Positions 56,708-64,000 of a stretch of DNA of 64,000 nucleotides are shown piece by piece (the first letter of the stretch is position 1; every line of letters begins with the position of its first letter). This DNA is from Candidatus Latescibacterota bacterium (GTDB lineage Bacteria; Latescibacterota; UBA2968; UBA8231): assembly GCA_965204725.1 (NCBI GenBank), contig OZ242005.1:992001-1056000 (forward strand), written 5' to 3'. The translations under genes were made by a program, and so were the position numbers. The notes below the pieces were generated by a model. That model saw only the letters and a program-made list of their open reading frames with translations. It was not told the origin of the DNA and ran no database searches.

Positions 56708-58657
56708 TCAGTACGCCACACCCATGCTGCTAGAACGCACGAGGGTCTCGCGTTCCGTGTGGACTTGGACCACAGCGAGGTACAGCCCCGGCGGCACTAC
56801 CCGCCCTTGCGCGTCGCGCCCGTCCCAAGCTATGGCATACGCACCGCTGGTGCTCTCGGCGTCGAGGACGGTATGCACGGGGCGACCGGCCAAATCGAAA
56901 ATTTCAACGGCCACGGCGACCGGCTTGACCAACTGCAAGAGGCTGTAGATCAGCTCTACGTGGTCGTTGACGCCGTCGCCATTGGGGGTGAAAACCGGGG
57001 TGCTTACCGCCAAGGGGGACACCAACTCGCTGGCCGAAGCGGCCGTCGTCAGCACCCGCAGGGCATTGGTCAGCACGTCTGGGTTGGCGTCGCCCGGCTG
57101 CACCCGCTGCGGTACGCCGCCGTCCTCGGCCTGCGAGTCGAAGACCTCGGCCTCGACCGAGGTGCCTTGGATGAAAATCTGTGCGTCAAACACGGCGCGC
57201 ATGCGGTGAATGCCGGTTTCCGGTCGCTGCGAGGGAAAGAAGATGGTCAGACTGCCCAACTCGGCCCGCAGGCTGTCGGGGGTGATCTCGGTCGCGTCTT
57301 CGCCGGTGAAGAACTGCCGAAATACCGGCGTTGATTGGGGGGTGAGGATGCGCAGGGCGTCAAAGCCCGTGTCGGCCTCGCCGATTTGGGCCACGACATC
57401 GTAGGCAAACGTCGTAAAGTCCCCGGCCGTCACAATGGGCACGTCGCCGGGGGGCCGGGGCACGTCCAACTGGGAAATCTCGGCCACCAAGCTCTGGGCG
57501 ACGGGCGGGATGGTGTGTTCGACACTGAGCGAGGTCAGCCGCAGGCCATCGAGAATCGCGCCGCTTTCGATCCGCACCTCAAACTGGAAGTAGCGCCTTG
57601 GGCTGGGGAGCTGGATGGGCTGGCCGGATTCCGTAAAGGGGGCCGACCACAGGCTCCAGTTGACTTGATCGTCGTCAACCGGGCCGCGCACGCCCTCGTC
57701 GAGGGCCTGATACTCGGCTTCGGTGACGACCTGCCGCTCGCGGGTAAAGAGGTCTGTGTACTCGTAATAGACCCGAGGGTTGTCGTCGAGGCCGGTGCGC
57801 ATGACCACCGTTAGCTCGGCGGCTGCGGCCGGTTCGACCACGAACTCGTCGCCGCTTTGGCGCAGCTTTTCCACCGTCCATTCTATGCGGCTGAAATTGG
57901 CTGACTCCCCGAGGTCGATGACTTGGGATAGATAGGAGCCGGCCGGCGCGAACCCCGTGCCGAAAAGCTGGAATTCGGCCAGTTCAAACGGGCTGGCCGA
58001 GGTGACTTCGAGCTCGATGTAGCGGACAAATTGCAGGGGAAAGTCGATCTGCGCCGTGTTCTCGCGGGTAAAATCGACGCGCCTGATGGGGGTGTAGATC
58101 GGCTCGTCCCGCTCGTTGAAGCTGGCCCCGTCGTTGACTTTGAGCACGTAGCCGCGGATGTAGTCTTCGCTGAACGGCCGCCCCTCTGAACTGACGCCGT
58201 CCAAGCGCGGAAAAAACGCAATCCGATTGGCGGGAAAACGGGTCCCCAAATCAAAGAAAAACTTGGTGCCGTCTTGGGCGATGCCAAAGCGCTTAAACGC
58301 GAGGTGGGTGGAAGTCGTGTCGATGCCATCGACGATTTCCAAGAGGGGACGCACGACCGCGATGTTGTCCCAGATCAGGGCTTGGGCGCGCTCCTCCACG
58401 TAGCCCGCGGGAAACGCGTCGGCCCAACTCAGGCTCGGAATGACGTTGTCCTCAGAGGTAAAGGCCACGAGTTGGACGGTGCCCGGCACGTCGAAACTCA
58501 TCGCGGTGGAACGCTGCTCGTGGTCCCGCCAAGCGACCCCTTCGTCGCCGCCCACCGTCCACTGGCGGACTTCGGCTACCGCTGGTTGCACGGCGAGGAC
58601 CGTAGCGGCTGTAGCGAGAGCCGCAAGGCGAGAAATGGTCGGGTGTTGGAATTCCAT
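56708..58657 (-). CDS. Secreted protein with C-terminal FlgD-Ig domain
   Basis: Signal peptide; PSPRRYFQF; FTPNGDGVND...WDGRD...VPPGLY...GVAY. Confidence 0.8.
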   Translation of the reverse strand: MEFQHPTISRLAALATAATVLAVQPAVAEVRQWTVGGDEGVAWRDHEQRSTAMSFDVPGTVQLVAFTSEDNVIPSLSWADAFPAGYVEERAQALIWDNIAVVRPLLEIVDGIDTTSTHLAFKRFGIAQDGTKFFFDLGTRFPANRIAFFPRLDGVSSEGRPFSEDYIRGYVLKVNDGASFNERDEPIYTPIRRVDFTRENTAQIDFPLQFVRYIELEVTSASPFELAEFQLFGTGFAPAGSYLSQVIDLGESANFSRIEWTVEKLRQSGDEFVVEPAAAAELTVVMRTGLDDNPRVYYEYTDLFTRERQVVTEAEYQALDEGVRGPVDDDQVNWSLWSAPFTESGQPIQLPSPRRYFQFEVRIESGAILDGLRLTSLSVEHTIPPVAQSLVAEISQLDVPRPPGDVPIVTAGDFTTFAYDVVAQIGEADTGFDALRILTPQSTPVFRQFFTGEDATEITPDSLRAELGSLTIFFPSQRPETGIHRMRAVFDAQIFIQGTSVEAEVFDSQAEDGGVPQRVQPGDANPDVLTNALRVLTTAASASELVSPLAVSTPVFTPNGDGVNDHVELIYSLLQLVKPVAVAVEIFDLAGRPVHTVLDAESTSGAYAIAWDGRDAQGRVVPPGLYLAVVQVHTERETLVRSSSMGVAY

Positions 58658-58658
58658 G

Positions 58659-60716
58659 CTAGTAGGCTACGGCCACCGCTCCGAAGCGCACCTGTTGGCC
58701 ACGGTCGGTGTCGGCCCTAATGCGGACCAGATAGACGCCCGGGGCTACGAGCTCATTGGCCTCGTCGCGGCCGTCCCATTGCAGCGCGTGATACCCCGCG
58801 CCCTGCACCCCACCCGATAGACGCCGCACCCGTTGCCCGGCCAAGGTCAGCAACTCGATTTCTACTTCGACCGCATTTAGGACGCTGAACAAGGTGTATT
58901 CAATGGCTACTTGGTCGTTGATGGCGTCGCCTTGGGGCGTGAAAATCGCGGGCGCGATGGCGACTTGGGACAACACGGATTCTAGCGAGCCGGAGCGGAC
59001 CAATACCCGCAACTGATCGGTGCCCAATTCGGCGCTGGCGTCGCCGCCTTCAACGCTTTGGGGCAGCGTGTTGCCCTGCCGCGCAAACACTTCGGCGCTG
59101 AGCTGGTCCGACGCTCCGTACACGGTCGTCTCCAGCCGCACCCTGAGCGCGTCGCTGGTGGCCGGCCCGATCGGCTGCGGCAAATAGATCGCCAAGTCGT
59201 TCCCTTCGTGGACGATGCTGTCGGGCGTCACGGTCGCCAGCGGCTCGCCCATTTCCAACCCCAGCACCCGGCCCGTAGAGGGCAAGCCCAAGCGCACCGC
59301 GTCGAACCCCGGCTGGCCGGCGTCGGAAAACTCCGCGCGCAAGCCGAGGACGAACTCGGTCGGCTCGCCCGCAGGCACTTGGGGCACTTTGCCGTTGGGA
59401 TGCAACTGGTCAACTGCCGCGACTTCGCCCAGAATTTGGTCGGCCAAAAGCGGGGAGGTTTCAATGGAGACCCAATCGAGGCGGGCAAACTCCCACAAGG
59501 CTTGGGTCTCTAGCTGGATTTGTAGCTGAATATAGCGCCCCTTGGGGATGCGGGGCCGCTGGCCCGAAACCCGAATCGGCGGCGACCAGAAGCTCCAGTT
59601 GTTGGCATCGTCGGCGATGACGCCCTGCCAACCCACCGCCGGTGGATCCCACGGCCACACGCGCGGCTTGAGCCTAGAGTAGATGTCCTTTTCCACTTCC
59701 ACCGGCTGGGCCAAGTCGTTGTACGAGTGATAGGCGATGGGGCCGTCGTCCAGCCCGGTCTTGATTTCGATGTTGACGCCGGCTTGGGCGTCGGGTGCTT
59801 CGACCCATTGCTCGCCATCGCGCCGCCAAGTGCTCAAGCCGAAGTTCACCGCGCCGATGTTGATGAGCGCGCCCATGTCGATCACCTGCGATAGCCAGTG
59901 CGCCCGGGGGACAAACCCTCGGCCGTACACCTCTAGCTCGGCCAGCGCGTAGCGCGTGAACTTGGGTGGGGCGTCTGGCAGCACTCGCATGCGGAAGAAG
60001 CGCAGATACTGGAGCGGAAAATCGATCTCGATCACGGCGTCGAAGTTTTGGTCCACCTTGGCCAAGGTTTGATCCAGCGGCAGGTAGTAGTCCGTCTCCT
60101 GCGTACCGGCGACGCCCGAGCGGAATTGCGGGGGTTGTTGGGTTTCGACCGCGACTTTGTCGTTGGTGGCGGTTAGCTCGTAGGCTTCAAATTTGTAGTT
60201 GGGTCGGTACGGCTCTTGGAAGAAGGGGTCGTTGCCCTCGGGCGGCACCAACCGGAAGCGGTCGGCGGGAATGGGCATCCCCATATCGAGCGTGTAGAAC
60301 TCGCCCCAGATCCCCCCGAGGCCGCCGCTGCCCTGAAAGTCGCGCCCCTCGTAAAACGTGTTGAGGTCGCCGTCGATAAATTCCATCGGGTTGGAGACGT
60401 GCCCGGGCCGGGAGACATCGCCGATGGCCCGCCAGATGCGGGGCATCCCCTCTTGGTAGTTGATGTCAATCGGCTGCCGATAGCGCGTCCAGTGGCGCAG
60501 TTGGGTCACCACATTGACGTCGGGCTTGAGTTGCAGCGGTTGGATTGAGCCGGGGGTGGTGGCGTTATCGACCATCAGGTTGACCAGCGTCTGCTCCTCC
60601 CAATCGAGGCCATCGACGCCCCCGAGACGGAATTGCGACACCTGCGCTCCGGCCGCGCCGACTTGGGCTACGGCCATGCACGCCGCGATCAACCAGAGCT
60701 TGGACTTGGATTTCAT
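58659..60716 (-). CDS. Secreted protein with C-terminal FlgD-Ig domain
   Basis: GGAG RBS, signal peptide; WSFWS; FTPQGDAIND...WDGRD...APGVY...AVAY. Confidence 0.8.
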   Translation of the reverse strand: MKSKSKLWLIAACMAVAQVGAAGAQVSQFRLGGVDGLDWEEQTLVNLMVDNATTPGSIQPLQLKPDVNVVTQLRHWTRYRQPIDINYQEGMPRIWRAIGDVSRPGHVSNPMEFIDGDLNTFYEGRDFQGSGGLGGIWGEFYTLDMGMPIPADRFRLVPPEGNDPFFQEPYRPNYKFEAYELTATNDKVAVETQQPPQFRSGVAGTQETDYYLPLDQTLAKVDQNFDAVIEIDFPLQYLRFFRMRVLPDAPPKFTRYALAELEVYGRGFVPRAHWLSQVIDMGALINIGAVNFGLSTWRRDGEQWVEAPDAQAGVNIEIKTGLDDGPIAYHSYNDLAQPVEVEKDIYSRLKPRVWPWDPPAVGWQGVIADDANNWSFWSPPIRVSGQRPRIPKGRYIQLQIQLETQALWEFARLDWVSIETSPLLADQILGEVAAVDQLHPNGKVPQVPAGEPTEFVLGLRAEFSDAGQPGFDAVRLGLPSTGRVLGLEMGEPLATVTPDSIVHEGNDLAIYLPQPIGPATSDALRVRLETTVYGASDQLSAEVFARQGNTLPQSVEGGDASAELGTDQLRVLVRSGSLESVLSQVAIAPAIFTPQGDAINDQVAIEYTLFSVLNAVEVEIELLTLAGQRVRRLSGGVQGAGYHALQWDGRDEANELVAPGVYLVRIRADTDRGQQVRFGAVAVAY

Positions 60717-60810
60717 AAGGCGTCTCCCAAAAAAGAAGCGCGAACACAGGAAGATAACGCAAAACAGCAGGGGCCTGTCAATCAAAATTTAACGCCGGGG
60801 CGAAAGGTCT

Positions 60811-62763
60811 TCAGCCCCAGAATATCACGTTCCAAGTCATGCCGGTGAAGTGATCGACGATCAGGTAGAAACCCCCGGGCGTGAAGTAGCCGAGGATCAT
60901 CCCCATGAAAAAGGGCCGCGTCTTTAGGTAGAGCCGCACGCCCCCGTATTTGAGCACGAGGACCTTGACGCCCCAAGCGATGAACATATTGAACCACAAG
61001 TGGTCCATGATCCAAATCGGCCCGATCACGTAGCCGAGCGGGTGCAGGGGCCACCAGACGTAGAGCCAGCGTGCGACCATCAACCCGGTCATAATCGCCG
61101 CGCCAATCCCCATGTTGATCCAGCCCCAGCCGTAGAAGTCGGTCGGCGTGCGGAGGACCTTTTCTATGTAGCTGTAGTTGCCGCCGCTCCAGATCCACAG
61201 GTTGATCGCCCCGTACTTGTGGCTGAGCAGCATGACCATCCACACGGCCGCGCCCATGGCCACGACCAGCGCCAAGACGATGATCCAAAACAGGGGCCGG
61301 CGGTTGCGCCCCAATTCCTCGCCCAGCCGCAGGCTGTTGGCGCAGGAGACCATGACGAAATTGCGCCCGGTGGTCCACAAGAAGGTCGTTGCCAAGACGA
61401 CGAGACCTTGGGCGCCAATGACCGACGAACCCACCGCAGACACCAAAATCCCCGCGGGAACCACCGGCGGGGAGCCATCGGAAAGCCCGCCCTCGGCCAC
61501 CACCCGCGAATAGCCGAAGATGATGACGACCCCCAAGAAGAGAATGGCCAGCCCAAAGACCAGCGGCAGCCCGGCCAGCCACAACCAACCCACGATGGTC
61601 AGCGAAGACCCCGCCAGCACGATCAGGGCGGCGCGGTAGGAGAGGATCTCGTCGCTGTCGTCAATGCGCTCATCGCCTTTGAACGCCTTGCGCCACACGC
61701 CCTTGAGGTGCTTGCGCGCCGTCCAGATGCCGCCCAAAAAGAGCACGAGGATCGCGCCCATCGACTGGTAGGCCAAAAAGGGATCGCGCACCGCGTGGCC
61801 GGCCCCGCCCGTCTCCGAGCTGACCACGCCGAGCAGGCCGAAAATGCCGCGCACCGCAAAGGAGAGCAGGTTGAAAAACCACAGGCTGAAGGCGATGTCG
61901 GTCTTGAGAAAGTAGAAGAAGCCGATGATGTTGAAGCGCAGCGCGATATACAAGTCGGCCGTGCGGCGAAAAACCTGCACATCCATGCGCACGGGATCGA
62001 CGTTTTGGGCGATGGGGATGGTCTCGGGGAAGTAGTTGTACAACCCGTGCAAGGTGCCCCACAGCGCGGGGATGGCAAAACCGGCCCACATGACGGGGTT
62101 TTTGAAAAAGGGGCTTAGCTTTTGGCCCTCTTCGCCCTCTGCGGTCATGGCCAGCGGCACCTGCATCAGCGGATAGATCAGCCGCTCGTGCTCAATCCAC
62201 TGTTTGCGCAAGATCGCCATGAAGGAAATCATCATCAGGAAGAGGGCGCAGATAAAGGGCGTCCACATCCCGATGACTCCGCGCCACACTTCCCAAGGAA
62301 TCGGTTCGTCCCGCCCACTGCCCTCGTAAAATTTGCGGACGGTCTCCAAGTCATGGACCATCAGCCAGTCGGGGATGTAGGGATGGATCAGCGCCCGCCA
62401 CTCGTTTTCAGCGGTGGCGTAGTAGAAGGGGTAGCTCAAGGCGCTGAGGAATTTGCCGACGAAGAGGGTTGGGATCGGCGAGGCCATGACCATCATAACA
62501 TAGACCACGAGCAGCTCGCGCCGATTGAGTCCCAAGTGGGGGTGGACGAGCTTGAGCAGGGGATTGATAAAAAGGGTCAATAGGAAGAGGATGAACACCG
62601 CCCCCGGCATACTCGTGCCCAGCGCCATAAAGGAGCCGTGCAGGTAGAGGGTGCCGTAGGCGGCCCCGGCCGACACGCTGAAGGCCCCCGCGCATCCGAC
62701 CAGCACGGACTTGAGGGTAAAAGCCGGTCCGCCGGGGGCGGTCCGCTCGGGTTTGATAGGCAT
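60811..62763 (-). CDS. Polytopic membrane protein, DUF6785/DUF6784-like (putative transporter)
   Basis: More than 12 TM segments; ELLVVY, RKQWIEHERLIYPL, WWPLHPLGY, KYGG...RPFFMGMILG. Confidence 0.75.
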   Translation of the reverse strand: MPIKPERTAPGGPAFTLKSVLVGCAGAFSVSAGAAYGTLYLHGSFMALGTSMPGAVFILFLLTLFINPLLKLVHPHLGLNRRELLVVYVMMVMASPIPTLFVGKFLSALSYPFYYATAENEWRALIHPYIPDWLMVHDLETVRKFYEGSGRDEPIPWEVWRGVIGMWTPFICALFLMMISFMAILRKQWIEHERLIYPLMQVPLAMTAEGEEGQKLSPFFKNPVMWAGFAIPALWGTLHGLYNYFPETIPIAQNVDPVRMDVQVFRRTADLYIALRFNIIGFFYFLKTDIAFSLWFFNLLSFAVRGIFGLLGVVSSETGGAGHAVRDPFLAYQSMGAILVLFLGGIWTARKHLKGVWRKAFKGDERIDDSDEILSYRAALIVLAGSSLTIVGWLWLAGLPLVFGLAILFLGVVIIFGYSRVVAEGGLSDGSPPVVPAGILVSAVGSSVIGAQGLVVLATTFLWTTGRNFVMVSCANSLRLGEELGRNRRPLFWIIVLALVVAMGAAVWMVMLLSHKYGAINLWIWSGGNYSYIEKVLRTPTDFYGWGWINMGIGAAIMTGLMVARWLYVWWPLHPLGYVIGPIWIMDHLWFNMFIAWGVKVLVLKYGGVRLYLKTRPFFMGMILGYFTPGGFYLIVDHFTGMTWNVIFWG

Positions 62764-62784
62764 TAGCTAGCGAGCGCCGGCGAA

Positions 62785-63600
62785 TCAGCCGTAAAATTTG
62801 GCAACCAACTCGGCTGGTTTGCCCTGTACCGTCGCCGGATCCAGCGCCTGTGCGCCGAAGATCACGGGAAAGGGTTGGCCGGTGTCCTGGGTGCGGGTCT
62901 CGGCGTCCATATAGGTCACACTGAAAGCGCGGCGGGCCGACTCCGTGGCGTTGGTGCCCGAGCGATGCAGCAGGAAATTGTGCAGCAAAATGGCCTCCCC
63001 GGCCTCGGCTTCCAAATTGATCACCGCCTCGGGGGGCGTGTATTGGGCCTCTTGCTCGGCGGGGAGAAAGTGCCGCTCGTTGATGATGCCGTGCTGGTTG
63101 CTCCCCGGCACAATTTGCATACAGCCCGTGGCGGTGGTCGCGTCGTCGAGGGCCGTCCACACGGTGACGATGGGGTTGGTGTCAATGCCCCAGCCGATTC
63201 CCACGTCTTGATGCCAAGGCAGTTCGCGGCGGAGTTCGGGCGGTTTGTTCATAAACATCGAGCGGAACACCGAGACCTCCGCGCCGATGTAGCGGCGGGC
63301 GATTTGGCGGAAGAGGGGGTGCTGGATATAGGCGAGAAAGAGCGGGTCTTGCTCTAGGTCGTCGATGCGCCGGTACGCGAGCGTCGGCACCTCGTTGCCC
63401 ATCGTGCGGCGCACCTCGCCGCCTTCTTCAACGACCTGCAAGCGCATATTCTCGTAGCGGACGCGGCCCAGCATGATGTCGTCGATGCGCTGCTGCAAGG
63501 CGGCCAACTCGTCTGCGGACAGGACTTGGCCCAGCCGCACATAGCCTTGGGCTACAAACTGCTCGTGGTGTGCATCGTCAAAAGTGGAAAGGGCTTGCAT
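62785..63600 (-). CDS. Phytanoyl-CoA dioxygenase (PhyH) family Fe(II)/2OG dioxygenase
   Basis: MNKPP, WHQD, VWTALDDAT, GCMQIVPGS, LHRSGTN...RRA; AGGAG RBS. Confidence 0.92.
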   Translation of the reverse strand: MQALSTFDDAHHEQFVAQGYVRLGQVLSADELAALQQRIDDIMLGRVRYENMRLQVVEEGGEVRRTMGNEVPTLAYRRIDDLEQDPLFLAYIQHPLFRQIARRYIGAEVSVFRSMFMNKPPELRRELPWHQDVGIGWGIDTNPIVTVWTALDDATTATGCMQIVPGSNQHGIINERHFLPAEQEAQYTPPEAVINLEAEAGEAILLHNFLLHRSGTNATESARRAFSVTYMDAETRTQDTGQPFPVIFGAQALDPATVQGKPAELVAKFYG

Positions 63601-63709
63601 AATGCGGTCTCCTTTTTTTAGGACGGGGTATAATGATAGTAGGGGTTTATGCGCGTGTAGTGCTGCAAGCCGTCATTGACATCGCGTCCATCCGGCTTCA
63701 AGGGACGGG

Positions 63710-63856
63710 CTACGTTTTTCGGCTACCTCTTTTTTTAGATGGCGATTTTTTCGGTGGTGGCGGTGGCGGCGGGGGTGGCTTCGGCTTCGGCTGCCTCCCG
63801 CTTTGGGGTTGGCGTCCTTCTCGCAGCGGTACATTTCTACCTTCGTTCTTAGCCAT
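63710..63856 (-). CDS. Small basic proline-rich peptide (48 aa)
   Basis: AAAGGAG RBS; MAKNEGRNVPLREGRQPQSGRQPKPKPPPPPPPPPKKSPSKKRGSRKT. Confidence 0.55.
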   Translation of the reverse strand: MAKNEGRNVPLREGRQPQSGRQPKPKPPPPPPPPPKKSPSKKRGSRKT

Positions 63857-63905
63857 AACCGCGATTTCTCCTTTCATTACGGCAACTATTTTGTTCGATC
63901 TCGTC

Positions 63906-64000
63906 CTAGTGAAAATCAATTCTATCGATACTGTCCGCCTTTAGCAGCAAGCCTTTTATCCGTTCATCTGGAACAGGCTCCTCTTGCCCTTCTACATACT
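63906..64000 (-). CDS. C-terminus of a gene running off the window, DUF6338-like
   Basis: YVEGQEEPVPDERIKGLLLKADSIDRIDFH*; G-L-L...I-x-x-I-D-F ending resembles DUF6338 proteins. Confidence 0.4.
   Translation of the reverse strand, partial: YVEGQEEPVPDERIKGLLLKADSIDRIDFH

Overview
GC-rich bacterial DNA. The gene content suggests a Latescibacterota/Gemmatimonadota/Poribacteria-like organism, possibly host- or sponge-associated; this placement is inference from FlgD-Ig C-terminal domains, a 'SWGxxK' C-terminal motif, CRTAC1/ASPIC-UnbV proteins, a DUF6785-like membrane protein, PhyH and Gfo/Idh/MocA. Housekeeping and metabolic genes (glnS, uppP, ackA, sugar-acid enzymes, two polysaccharide transferases) alternate with many secreted or surface proteins and small toxin-antitoxin or defence-type inserts. 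Main observations: (1) an FG-GAP/ASPIC-UnbV gene is split by an in-frame TGA (34360-34362) directly followed by an fdhF-like GGUC-loop hairpin, so it is a candidate selenoprotein; (2) a consensus sigma-54 promoter with upstream repeats precedes a small 6-Cys secreted peptide and three mosaic FG-GAP/FlgD-Ig paralogues; (3) a ~18 kb minus-strand cell-surface gene run holds three proteins ending in 'VAY', a putative outer-membrane protein, a DUF6785-like membrane protein, a PPIase and lipoproteins; (4) a TA-flanked mini-element carrying a REP palindrome occurs next to an IS630 remnant. No rRNA, tRNA or CRISPR array was seen. All family calls come from motif recognition by eye; no searches were run.
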